A stretch of 64,000 nt of DNA from Peribolospora baueri (lineage: Eukaryota), in the NCBI GenBank assembly GCA_029717555.1, contig JAMDHS010000014.1, positions 186,001-250,000 of the forward strand. Reading direction: 5' to 3'. The notes beneath the pieces were generated by a model. It worked only from the letters and a program-made list of their open reading frames with translations. It was not told the DNA's origin and did not search any database. Position numbers and translations under genes: made by a program. Below, in pieces: positions 29,790 to 42,707 of this stretch; within the stretch, counting starts at the first letter, position 1; every line of letters starts with the position of its first letter.

Positions 29790-32200
29790 TTATCTCATCT
29801 CATCTCATCCATCTGATGGATCATCATCGTCTATCCGACGTTTCGGTCTCTCCATCCATCCGCTCGTACCAGCCGGGCCGGCCCGTCAGAGGGATGTGCG
29901 GGATCGACCGGGGAAGTGGTAAGACATGGTAGGTAGGACAGGCCGGATGTGCGTGGGTGCACGTGCTTGGAGGCGGGCATAGCACGTGGTGGCGCATGAC
30001 ATGGCGTGGCATCATCGCATGGCATGGCATGGCATCTCATCTCATCGCATCGCATCTCCGATCTCCGGAGCGAGCCGAGCCGAGGATCTGCACGTGAGCA
30101 GCCAAGCCCAGCCCGGCGGCCGGCGGCGGGGCGGATTGGAGGGACGGAGGACGAAGGAGTGGTGACTGACTGACTGACTCGGTACTTTACGTAACGAGGA
30201 CACGACACATGGTGCGGCTCGCGCTCGTTCTCGTTCTGGCGCTCACACCTGTGGTGCGCGCCCCATCTCGGACCGACGACCGAGCAGCGCGTCGGTGCCG
30301 CTGGTGCGCGCTCCACCCTCCACCCGTCGCATCGGTCGGTCGAACTAGCGGACGTGCGATGCTGGTGGCCAGCCCGCCCGCTAGTCCGCTCGATGGACGA
30401 CGGACGACGTCGGCGGGTCGACTGCGCAGTCGACGGGACGCGTGTGCAAACAGGAAACAGGAAACAGGCTCCCGAGCGGGTGTAGTACTTAGTAACGTCT
30501 GGTCGGTGATGCGGACATTCAGTGGAAACGACCGCTCAGGGGGGCGTGATGGGACGGCAAGGCGACGGCCGGTCACGCGGTGACGAGGCGCGTTCGTTCG
30601 TTCGTGGTTCGCAGTTCACAATTCACAATTCACATTCACAGTTCAGACCTCGCAGTTCGTTCGTTCGCTCGTTCGACGGGCGTTCACATGGCGCTCATTG
30701 GCAGGTCACGAGGGCGGGCGCGACGTCGGCAATCTAATCGGGTGAGAGTCTCTCGAGGAGGGCGTGTGGGTTAGCACGAGGGATGGGGACAATAAGGAGA
30801 GGGTTGGGATGGATGGGATGGATGTGTTGAGGGAGATGAGGAGGTTCGGGCAACGGCGAGGGCGTCGACGGTCCGCCGATTCACGTTCAACGCCGTCCCG
30901 TCGCCGTCGGACGGTCGGCCGGTCGGGTCGGGCGGTTCGGCCGGACGAGCGGAGGAGCGGAGGAGCGGGCGGGTCGACAGCTGATCCCCAGCTGATCGCG
31001 TCCATCCATCCCATCTCCCTCCACCCGGTCTCAGCCACATCTATCCATCTACCCATCTATCCTTCTTCCTTCCTTCTCTTTCACCTCCGACCCCGGCCGT
31101 CCTGAATTGCCGAATACGGCCTGCCTGCATGTCAGTCTGCATGTCAGTCTGCCTGTCAGCCCGCCTGCCCGCCCGACTGTCCTGCGCCGGCCACACATAC
31201 AGGAATCTCACCCAATCTGGGCCAGCCTGGGTCCGGTAAGTTTTCGAATTCGGAATTCGTCGTCATCTGCCTTTCCTCCCGTCCGATCCATCCTGTGTCG
31301 TGTCGTGTCCTGCTCTGTTGTTATGTCCTGTCATTAACGCGCGAGGGAAAGTGCAAGGAGGGAATGCGAGCATAGTCGACCAGGTGTCCAGCCTGCCGTC
31401 CGTCCATCCGTCTGTCTGTCTGTCTGTCTATGTCTGTCTATGTCTGTCTGTCTGTCGAGGGAACAGACACGGGCAAGGACGGCGAGCCGAGAGGAGCAAG
31501 CATCGAGCCGATATGGAGCCGAAGCCGGACCTAGCCGAAGAAGAGGAAAGGAGGAGCGGCGGCGGTGGACGATGACGACGGCGATCACGCTCTCTTTCCT
31601 CCGTTCCTCTCTCTCGGTCGTCCGGACAAACGGGCGGTGAGGCGGTGAGGCGACGTGGCTAGCATACTTGCCTTGCCTTGCCTTGCCTTGCTCTATTCTG
31701 CTCTGCTCTGCCATGCCCAGTCCTGCCTGCCTTCGTTCGTCTAGCCTCGTCTGGCGTTGTCTCATCGCGTCGCCGCCCTTCGTCATCCTGGCATGCCACT
31801 CCTGCGCCCATCGGTCCCTCGGCACTGCTCTCTCGCCGGTCCCGCTTCGCTCTCCGCTCTCCGTCCGACCGACCTCCACATGATCGCCACCGGCGCTGCC
31901 ATCTGTGTTATGCGTCCATCCACATCCATGTATCCATCTATTCACCCGCCCCGACTTCTCGCTAACCCACCGCAAACCACCTCCTCTTACTCGTCCCACA
32001 CCCAGAACGCACCAATCTGAACCGGACCACAGCCAGACCAGACCAGACCACACTGCCGGACACCGCGCAGAAGCTCCCGGCCGGACGAGCGAACGAAAGA
32101 ACAGAACGAGCGAGGCAAGAGACGCCGAGAGCCGAGGAGAGACACGCATAGACAGATGCTCAGAGAGACAGACACAGAGCAGAGAGAGAGAGAAAGAGAG
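29790..32200. repeat. Microsatellite-rich intergenic region upstream of the bHLH gene
   Basis: (ATCTC)n, (CATGG)n, (GACT)n, (TCGT)n, (TGTC)n, (CCTTG)n, (CTCTG)n and (CCAGA)n tracts; no convincing exons. Confidence 0.7.
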
Positions 32201-32603
32201 AAAAAGACCAGATGAGGACGGGATGATGGGATGATGATGGACGACCGGCGACGATGACCGGACCGCTCCTCTCATCATCATCCATCATCACCCTTTCTTT
32301 CTCCGTCCTTGGCCTAAAAGAAACAACCGCACTGCCCACAACGCCACCCTTCTCTCTTCCCTCTTTCATCCCCTTCGACCGCTCCACCATCGCCACCTCC
32401 ACCACCATTCCAATTCTCCCCCCTGCTCCTCTCCCCGGAACAACAAACGACAAACGACGAGCGACGAGCGACGATCGCACTCACTACCTACGGCCTCAGC
32501 GCTGACCCTCGTCCAGCCTTTGTACCACCCTCGTCCTACCTTGTATCATCCTCGCCCCACCACCACCACCACCGACCTTGGTCACCACCTACCCACCCTC
32601 CCC

Positions 32604-34387
32604 ATGGCTCGTCCTTCCGGTCCCACCCCGCTCCCTCCTCTCCTTCCTTCCCACCACCTCCCTCACTACCCCCCACCCGCCCCGCCCCCCCAGCTCCCTC
32701 GCCTCCACGCCCGCCCTCCTCTGCCCTCCCCCTCCGCCATGATCAACGGTGCCCCGAGCCCAGCCGTCGCCGCCCCCTCCTCCGCCCCCGCCTTCTTCAC
32801 CGCCCACCGCAGCCAATCCGGCAGCCCGACCGACGCTGGCTACCACCACCCACCGCCCCACTCCGGCCTCCCCACACCCGTCCATCATCGCCAATACTAC
32901 GACCACCACCCCGCCTACTACCCCTCGCAACATGACATCGCCTCCGCCCATGCCCACAGCAGGCCCTCCACCGCCGGCTCCTCCGACGGACACCTCGCCT
33001 TCACCCGCCTACCCCCTCTCCGAGCCGGACCCCACTCCGCCCCCCCGCATGGTCGCTTCCCCGACGATGCCTACGCCTCTGTCTACTCCGCCCGCTCCTC
33101 CCGCCCACCTTCTCCCTCGCTCTACACCGCCGAACCCCCCGTCCCCACGCCTTCTCGCCCCGACGACGACGACGCCGACAGGTCCCCGCCCAAGTCGGCC
33201 GCCAACAAGAGCAAGAAGAAGCGCTCCGCACCCGCCGACAAGGACGCCGCCGCGAACGCAAAAGCGGACGGCGGCGACGACGACGGCGAGCCTGCCGCCG
33301 GCACATACCACTCCCAACCGGACTCTCTCCCCGCGCACTCTTCGACGACGCCCGTCACTCCCACCGGCTCTGATGGTGTGACGAAGACGGAACGAGGCGG
33401 CGGGGGAGCGTCGGGGACAACGACGACAGCCACTCGTCGCATGGCGCACCTGCTTTCGGAGCAGAAGCGCAGGGAGAGCATCAACAGCGGCTTCGACGAC
33501 CTCAAGCACGTCCTCTTTAGCGCAGAGGCCAACGTCGACGCCCTCCTCCGCGATCCTCGTGAACCCCTCGTACCCGCAAAGAGCGAGGCGGAGCGTATCA
33601 AGGACGAAGGCGAGGATGGGGCGCCGGCTAAGAGTAAGGGCGGCGCTGGTGCCCATGGCGCTGAGAGCAAGGCTGGCCTGCTCAGGAGGGGTGAGCGTCC
33701 GAGCTGAACTTTCGTCCAGATGGTCTGCCCCACGCTTGCTCACCGTTGTCCTTTTTTTTTTTTCTTGCTCTTCCCTCCCATTTCCTTCTCTTTCCTCGCA
33801 TTTCCTTCTTCTCCCCCCCTTGCCCCTCCCCAGCGGTCACGTACATTCGCACCCTCGAGTCCGCCGTCACGCAACTGCAAGCTCACATCAACGCCGATGA
33901 TTGGGATTCTCACCATCGCCATCATCATCATCACCACCACCACCACCACCCCGCCGCCCCCCCTCCGCCTCTCGGTGCACCCCCGCACACCTATCCCTCC
34001 CTTCCCCCGTCCGCCAGCTACCCGATCTACCCTCACCTACCTCCCATGACGGACCGCGACCGTCGCACTTCTCTCTATTCGCAACCCCCGGACGAATGTG
34101 TTCCGTCCACCTCCCATCCCCCCGACACCCATAACCCCCCGTCGTCGTCGTACGCGCCTCCACCCGAGCCCACGTCCCCGTTCGGCCCCGAGCCCATGCC
34201 AATCAAGCACGAAGCCGACCCGGCACAAGAAACGGCCTACCGGAAGCACCTCGACGGGCGAGGGGGTCAGGCGGCACGGGACGCGACGGAACGATACAAT
34301 CGCGATCTGGAGAGGGAGATGAGGGAGCGCAAAGAGGAGGAGGAGAGGAGGAAGAAGAGGAAGAAGCGCGGCGGCGATGGGGAGGTG

Positions 34388-34423
<36 letters not shown>

Positions 34424-35371
34424 GAGGAAGTGGGGCGCGGCTCGAAGAAGCGTAGTCGGGCGGTCGCTGAACAGAAGCAAGAGAAGGAGGAGGGGGAGGA
34501 AGAGGAGTATGACAACGGCAAAGGGAAGGCGACGAGGAAAAAGAAAGAGCTCGCCATCGACGCTCTTCACGCCGATGAGCGTGCCGAGGCCGAGAGCAAG
34601 GTGGGCAAGAAGCGGCGTAGATCTCGGAGCGGCAGGGGCAGACGGTACTCGTACTCTCCGCGCCGCCTCCGCTGCGAGCTCTGGTCCCCGCCTTCGCCCT
34701 CGTCCAGGGACGACGAGCGCGGGCGCCACCGGCCTCCGACGCTGCCCTCGCTCCGACCCACCGGCACCGGCCCTGACGACGGCTCCTACGCGCCGATCAC
34801 GCATCCGTACGGCCACCCCGCCGCGGCGGGCAGCTTTGGCAACAACCACCACCACATCCACCAACAGGTCGTCGGCGCAGGCTACGGCACCGGCACCGGC
34901 GGCTCGCCGCCTTCTTCCTACTCGCCTCATCGCTACCCGGCCCATGCTCATCATCATCATCATCCATATCCCCCCGTCGGTGCCGGCGGATACGCCTCGC
35001 CCTCGTCCACGTCTCCGCCGTCTTCGTACTACTACACCCCCTCGGCCGCTCGCGCCTCGTTCGACCGCCATCTGCACCACCTACCCCCGCACAACGGCGG
35101 CAGGTCGTCGTCGTCCTTCCATCCACTCCCTCACCTCGCTCCCCCTTCCGTCTGCGTCGGCGTCGGCGTCGGCGTGTGCGGAGCGGGCGAAGTGAGGACG
35201 ACGTGCACGCAGGAGAGCAGCAGTCGGAGTACGGATCGGAGTGGCGAGGAGGCCGAGTCGGACGAAGACGACGACGACGACGACGACGAGGGCGGCGCGA
35301 ACGGGGCGAAGAGGAAGGAGGAGCCGTCGTTTCAAAACGGAGAGGCGGAAGTGGACGAGCTCGCCGATTGA
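32604..35371 (+). CDS. bHLH transcription factor with a long loop and low-complexity arms, 2 exons
   Basis: RRMAHLLSEQKRRESINSGFDDLK (basic region and helix 1)...ESKAGLLRR | AVTYIRTLESAVTQLQ (helix 2) across intron ~33691-33833; poly-His and poly-Asp tracts. Confidence 0.88.
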
Positions 35372-36098
35372 TTTTTTTTCTTTCCTTTTACTCGCTTCCT
35401 CGTCCCCTTCACTCCACGTCCGAATCCACACTTTGCCGACTCGCCGTCTTCGCTCTTCGCCTCCTCTTATTACCCTGCCGCGTGCCTCTGCTCCATGCCA
35501 TGCGCGTGCGCGGGAGGGTTGGTTCGTATAATTCGCTCGTACGGATGTATGTATGTATGTGTGTATCGCTATCCTCGTTCTTCTTCTTCCCTCGACGAAC
35601 ACCCCGTCGGCGGTGGGCTGGCAGGCAGAGTGAAGCGGATGGACGACTGGCTGGCCTGCCGTTTCTTCTCTTCTCGTCCCGTCTCGTGTCGTCCCATACC
35701 TCACTTCGTCCGTCTCCTCTTGACTGTCATCTCTTTCATCACGCCGCCTCGCCCCGTCTTCCCTCTTCGTCAGTCAGCCTCGTTCGTCGTCGATGCCAAT
35801 GTCCGTCGCGCTGTTCGCGGAAACGAGTTGCGCTCTCGATACAACTGCGTGTCCGCCGTCGTAAACCGGCCGTTATAAACGACGCCCGACGGTCGTCCGA
35901 ACGTTTACTTCTTCCACCGTCCCTTTCACGTCGGCCACCGTCGGCCGCCGCCTCGTCGTGCTGCGGCACGACTTTCCCACAGTCATGTACGCGATCGCAT
36001 GGGTCGTGCGCGGTGCGACGCGCTTCGAAGCTCTAACCCTTCCCGATCTCTCGCGGTCGGTCCTCCAACTTCAACACCGAATCCCCACCCCGGAGGTC

Positions 36099-39000
36099 AT
36101 GGCCGATACCGTCCGATCCCAGCTTGTTGGGCGCTTTGGAGACGCTGTCGCCAAGGATGAGGCTGTCATGACTGAGTGTGAGTCTGTCGTTGGGCTTGAC
36201 CCGACGTGGACGCCCAGGCTCACCCACACATTCCTTCCTTCTTCCTTCACCGTCGCAGGCCTCTCCATCTGCCGACTATACGCACTCTCCCCCTCCGAGC
36301 TCTACTACAAGTGGGAGGCCTTCCTCCTCAACCACTTTCCTTCCCCTCGAGACACACCCGTCAAGCTCGCCGGCGCTCCCTCCGGCGCGCCCTTGTTCGA
36401 CCTCGAGAACGCTAGGGAGCTCAAGAAAGAGATCCAGCGCGAGGCTGCCGTCGCCCAGAAGGGTGGCGACGGGACGTTTAACAACGCCGCCCAAGCTGCC
36501 GCTGGCTTGGACGGAGTGACGCCGATCAAGAGGGATGGCTTCGGCTTGTCGGCGGGCGTACGGAGCGCTAGGAGGGGGAAGGGGGCGCCTGCGGAAGGTC
36601 TGGATGGCATGTGAGCTTTCCTTCCTCGGTCGCCTCCCCTTCTCCTTCTTCTTTGACGCCCTCATCCTCAACCTTTCCCCTCCCTCTGCCTTCCCCCCCC
36701 CCACACCCCCACAGCCTGGGCAACCTCGGCGTACCGACGACGCCGTTGACAAGCCGAGCGTTGCCCCGACAGACGGTACCTGGCTCCGCCACGCCGACGG
36801 CTCGACCCCCCGTGATGGCGCAGGGCAAGGCGAACGGCTTTGTCACTCCTGTTCGTCCCGGTCTCGTTAAAGACGCCGAGTCTTCTTCGCCCTTGGGGTC
36901 CCCGTCCGTCGCACATGAGTGAGTGAGGCACGTCGGACTCCGCTTGAAAGGCGTCGTCGGCTGATCGTCACACACGCTCGCTTGGCCTCCCCCAGTTCCG
37001 GCCGTGGCCCCTCCACGCCCTTCTCCTCTCGACACGGTCCCCTCACGGTCGTGGAAACGCTCAACGTGCACCTCGACGCTACCCACTCGCCCGCTGGCGC
37101 AGGCGTGAGCGCCGGCAGCAAGGTGTCCCTCGCCGCTGCGACCGATCCGAGATTATGGAAGTATAGGTACATGTTCGAGAAGGCTGGTGAAAGGAGCGAA
37201 GGTGAGCGAGTCGAGCGGGCGGATGATGGCGACGGGATCCGTGCGCGTTGCCGCTCTCTTCGGCCTCCTCTCACGTTGACGAGATCCCGCTCGTCCCTAC
37301 AGTGCTCGACGACCGCATCGACGAGTTTGCCGAGCTCCTTCGTTCCGCCTATCCGTCAGAGATCGAAGAATTCGACGACCCGACCATGGCCTTTCAAGAC
37401 GAGATCTATGCCTTTGGACGCATCGCCCCAGATCTCGCCCTCTCCACGTCCACGGGCGCCAACAAGCTCTCGGAGCAGAGTCTCTTGCTCGAGACATCGA
37501 GGACGATGGGCAGCGGGGCGCGCGTGCCGCTCAGGTTCGACGAGGGCATCGTCGTCAGGGGCAATGTGCAAGGTGCCGGCGGCATTGGATTGTTCCCCGG
37601 GATGCTTGTCGGCGTGAGGGGAAAGAACGGAGGCGGAGGGGTGTTCACCGTGCGCGAGGTCCTCTTGGTGAGCACCCCCACGATTTTTTGGATTCTTATG
37701 CTCGCTCTGCCCCTGAACGCTGACTGACCCCCTTTCGCTCTCCTATCTCGCCATCATTTTCATTGATCGCCAGCTGCCTCCCCTCCCGCTCGCCGTGTCT
37801 CAATCGTCCGACTTGCTCACCTTCCACCACTCTCCCTCCAGACTCGACGGTCGCCCGCTGTCCGTATACGCAGCCGCCGGCCCGTTTACGCTCGACTCTG
37901 ATCTCGAGTATGAGCCATTTGCTGCGCTCGTTGACGAGCTTAAGAGGGCGAAGCCGGATTTGGTCCTCCTAGTGAGCCCCTGTTCCTCCGCTTATGCTTC
38001 TATCCTGACGTGGGCAACGACGTGTTCTGACCTATGCTCGTTTGGTTTCTTCATCAGCTGGGACCCTTCGTCGACTCCGCTCACCCGCTGCTCAAAGTGG
38101 GCGACACGGATCACACCCCGGCGCAGCTCTTCCGCCACCACATCTCTTCCCGATTGGCGGACCTCATCGACCTCTCTCCGAGCACGACGGTCATTCTCAT
38201 CCCCAGCACTCGGGATCTCATCCATGCTCACGTCGCTTTCCCGCAGACGATGCTTGAGCGTAGCGAAGAGCTAGGCATCCCCAAGGTGAGCTTCTCTATC
38301 AGCCGAATGCCGCCCTCTTCACCGAGGCGGATGGCCGTGATGGCGCTGACGACGACCAACCAACCAACCAACCAACCGCCTTGCATCCGCCTCCATACGA
38401 AATGAAACGATAGCGGGTCAAGCTCCTCCCCAACCCGTCCGTCTTTTCCGTCAACGAAGTCGTCTTTGGCGTCTCGACGACCGACGTGCTCTTCCACCTC
38501 CGCAAGGAGGAGTACTTCCGTAGGATTGACGACGGCTCGTCGTCCTCCGCTTCCGGTGGCGCGGGAGCGGACGCTATGGCGAGGCTCTGCAGGCACGTTT
38601 TGTGTCAGAGAAGGTGGGTTCAGCCGACATCTCCAGAGGAGCGAGCGAGAGCGGCGGAAGAACGTCGTCCCCTCTTTGCCGTTGAAAGGCTGAAGTGACG
38701 ATTCTCTCTTTTTCTTCCTCTCCCTCCGCTGCTTGCCTTTCGTTCGCATCCTCTCCCCATCGCGCGCCCTCTCTCAGCTTCTACCCGCTCTTTCCATCCC
38801 CACAAGGAACCGAGTTGAACCTTGACGTCACCCATCAACACCTACTGCGCATCGACGGCGTGGCGCCTGACGTGCTCATCCTGCCGAGCATGCTCAAGCA
38901 CTTTACCAAGGTACGTTCGCCTCTTTGCGGACTTGCCTCGGACGACGGTCTGTTCGGGCGCGACATTCTCGTCGCACCCACCTTTCAAGCCAGCCCTGCT

Positions 39001-39287
39001 CACTCGTTCATCCCTTTCGCCCCTCTCCCTTGGCCATCGCATCGCGCCTTTTCCGACGAGCGCAGGTCGTCGATTCTACCGTCGTCATCAACCCTTCCTC
39101 CCTTTGTCGCTCCCAGTCGGGCGGTCACTTTGCCAAGTTGGCTGTCCACCCCTTCGACCGCTCCGTGCTCGAGACGAACACCCGAGCGGCGGCGAAGAAG
39201 GGAGAAGCCGGTGGGGACGGCGACGAGGCGGGACAGATGGAACACGCGGTGTGGGAGAGGGCGAGGGTGGACATGGTTAGGTTGTAG
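36099..39287 (+). CDS. POL12: DNA polymerase alpha/primase B subunit
   Basis: LSPSELYYKWEAF, YRYMFEK..ERSEVLDDRIDEF, LLLETSRTMGSGARVPL, LFPGMLVGVRGKNGGG, AAGPFT, LGPFVD, LLPNP, SFYPLFP, PDVLILPS, VVINP. Confidence 0.95.
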
Positions 39288-40116
39288 GTTGGGCTCACGC
39301 TCCAGCCCGGCCCAGCTGGCTCAACCTCCTCTGTTCGTTTTCTTTTAAGTGTGTCTGTGTGCCTTGGTTTCTTCCACTGTACTAGTACCATCCATCTCTC
39401 CTCTTCCGAGCCTTCCTTTCCTGATTGTCGATAAGAATCTCAGGATAGATGGAATGTCGCAGCGACTGGGCACGGCTCTGGCACCCACACGCGCGAGAAC
39501 CGCTTTCGATGCCGACGACGAGTGAGACAGCTCTTACGGCGAGGTGACGCAACGTGTGTGAGGGACCATCTCCTTGGCCGGCGGGGTCAGGGCTCGACGA
39601 GTCAAATAACCAACCACTCCTGCGCGTCGTCTCAAGGGGCAACGCCAGACCGAGACGAACACGACGATGCAGGCGACCAACGCTGACACGACCATCTTTT
39701 ACACAACGCCAAAGCAAAGCGAAACGCAGTCAGTCGCACGTCCTCCCAGCTTCCCTTGGGCACGTACGTACGTCACTCGGCCAACGAGGAGCCAGCATGT
39801 TCATTCTGACCGAGTTTAACTGCTCAGCTTCGCAGCCAGCAACTTATTTACTTTACTCCTGGCCGCTCAATCAAACCGTAACCCCGATCTCTGCCCTCCA
39901 TCTTCTTCTAAGCCAGCGAGAGCACATGCGTCGATCGTTGCTCGACTCGCCCAGCATGAGCATGACACAAACCGCAAACACACCGGAAACAAGCGACGCC
40001 ATCTCCGTTCTAGTTATCGGATGGGAGGTAGGTAGATAATGCCAGGAAGGTTTGTGGGAAAGAGAAGATAAAGGGATGGACGTGATGAAGGGGCACCCGG
40101 AGAGGGAGAGGCGCGC

Positions 40117-42287
40117 TTATTGCTTGGGGGGAGCGTAGACTGCAGCAGACCGAAGACAAACAGGAAGAGATGCACGAAACCAGGGAGATGAGTTGAAACC
40201 AGACAACAACAGAGACGGCACAAGAAGCAGAGTAAAGGATTGGTGGCGAGGAGTAAGCTACTCACCAAGCTTCCTGTTCTTGACCGGCGCCCACTTGAAG
40301 CGCTTGACCCAGAGAGAGATGGCGGTAAGGGCAGAGAGGATGATAATAACCTGTGAGGAGGGTCATGCACGTGAAAAAAAGGTCGGTAAAAACCCACACC
40401 TGGACGTTCCGCACATCCACGATCCCCACAGCCGACCGTCATGTCTCGAACGGACGTACCTGCATGCCCATCTTCTTCCTCTCATCGTGCTCCGGCTCGG
40501 AGGCCCAGTTGAGGAAAGTGACCACGTCCTTAGCCATCTGGGACGTCGTCGCCGGCGTGCCGTCCTCGTACTCGACAAGGCCATCGAACAGGACGCGCGC
40601 CATGGCAATCTTGGTGCTGTCAAGGGAGATGTCGGGAGAATCGGAAACGATCAACGTCCGCGCGCGTGGACGGATTGGTCACGTATGGAACAAGACTCAC
40701 CCGCTATTTGAACGGAAGTGTGGTGCGCGAAAACGCGGGAGAGCATATACAAGCTATCAGTGCTCCAGGCAAGAAAGACAACCAATCAGCCTGTAAATCG
40801 AGAAGGGTCACTCACGGGAAGTAGGGGTTGAAATTCATGCCCTCGGCAACGTGAAGGCCAGCCGGGGGGTCACGGTAGCCAGTCTGACCGGTGGAAGTGG
40901 AGGAGAAGCGGAGGACGGGATACGACATTAGCAGCCAGCCCTTCCATGAAGCACGGGATGCAACAAACGAGCGACTCACGAGGAGAGCGTAGACGTAGTC
41001 CTGAAGTGTCGACGGAAGAGAAACTATCAGCACCGTCGTTCATACCACGACGCACGAAAGTGACGAAAGGTCTCACAGCGGCGCCGTGCCTCGCCTTGAT
41101 GATCAAGCTGAGGTCAGGGGGGAGAGCACCAGCGTTGCCGGCCCTAGCAGCCTCCTCGTTAGCGTAAGGCCTGGGCATGTAATCGGCCAGCTTTCCGGGC
41201 CTCTGGAACATCTCTCCGTTGTCGTCCGGACCGTCCTCGTACTCCACCTCTTCGGCCATCGCCTTGACCTCATCGACGGTGTGCGAGACGCCGACAAGGT
41301 TGCGCCACGCGATGCGGTCGAGCGAGTGACACGCGGAGCAAACTTCGCGGTACACTTGGTAACCTCGACGGATGCTTGCAGTGGGAAAGGAGAGCGAAGG
41401 AGCGAAGGAGAGACGTGAGGAGAGATAAAAGACGGGGAGGACATCGGATCAGCGTTATCCGCCGTCATCACTTTAAGCCGCAGCTTAAACCAGGAACACT
41501 GAAAACCTGGGACTCACGCAGCGTGATCGAAGGTTTCGAAGATGCCCTTGTGCGGCCAAGGGTAAGCGGGAGGGTGGAGGCCTTCATCGGCGGCCGAGTT
41601 TGCGCTCGCCTCAGGAAGGAAAGGCAGCTGACCGTAGAGCTGAGTGTACCAGGCGATGGAGCCGACAGAGAAGAGGGAGAGAGAGACGGCTGCAGTCCGA
41701 GAGGTGAAAATGGACTGTTGGTGGGTTAGGCAATGAGAAGGAAGCAGATGAGTGAAAATGGAAATAATCAGTCGATGCCCAAACATCACACGACCGGAGT
41801 CGAGGGCTCACCTCAGAGCCGGCGGAAGAGGCACGCGTAGAAGCGAAGCGGACCTGAAGTAGGGCGCAGGGACCGCAAGGAAAGAGAAATGTTAAGCAAA
41901 GACGGTAGAGAAGAGAACGGACGAGCGATATCTTCCCTAGCCCCCTGTATTCCCCGGCTGGAAACATAAAGCTGCCTTCAACCGTGTCGTCGGCCGGACG
42001 AGGTGCAAGCATAGCCGTCTCTGCCACTCCACTCCAAGGTCGCCAACAGCCGTCACAACGCCGATTGCGATGCGCGATCGTCTCGACCCAATCCCATCCA
42101 CCCATCCATCCATCCACTCGACCCCTAGCCTCCGCGTCCGCGCTTCTACTATGCGCTGGCCATGTCATCCAGGTGTCGGCACGACGCTGACGCTCACCGC
42201 CTGAGTGCTGGACGCGGGGTAAGGGCCGACGGCCCTGCGCGCCGCGGCGGCTGCGCTCCTGGAAAGAGCCCTGGGAAGGAAAGCCAT
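40117..42287 (-). CDS. CYT1: Mitochondrial cytochrome c1
   Basis: Presequence [39 protein letters not shown] (CxxCH); [34 protein letters not shown]; ends VYAPPKQ*. Confidence 0.97.
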
Positions 42288-42707
42288 GCGGGTGGTGTGA
42301 GACCTCGGCTAGGAGGGGAGGAGGGGGAGGAGATCAAGGCCGGGAGGAAAGCAAGGATGGCGATGGAGATGATCTTCGATGCCCTCGCCGCCTCTCCTCC
42401 GGCCGCGAAGACTGTACGGCGGCTGAACCCGGCGCGAGCGCTCGGTCCGCGTGCAAGAGACAGCTTCCGCACGTGGCCGCAGCCGCGTGCCAGAGGCCCC
42501 CGCGGCCAATCACGACGGGCTTATTCGGAAAGATTACGGGAGAGAGAGCCGGACAGACGGTGTCCTACAGACAGACGGACAACGTGGACGGTCGACGACG
42601 ACGACGACGACGACGCCGACGCCATGACCATGATTATCTGTTTATTACATTTGTGGAGACAATGGATACGGAAGGCATACAGAGAGACTAGCGCGACATC
42701 TCGCGTC

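Noticed and set aside
41854..42197. Long CYT1 first intron as a snoRNA host
   Set aside because: No convincing C/D boxes or rRNA complementarity seen.
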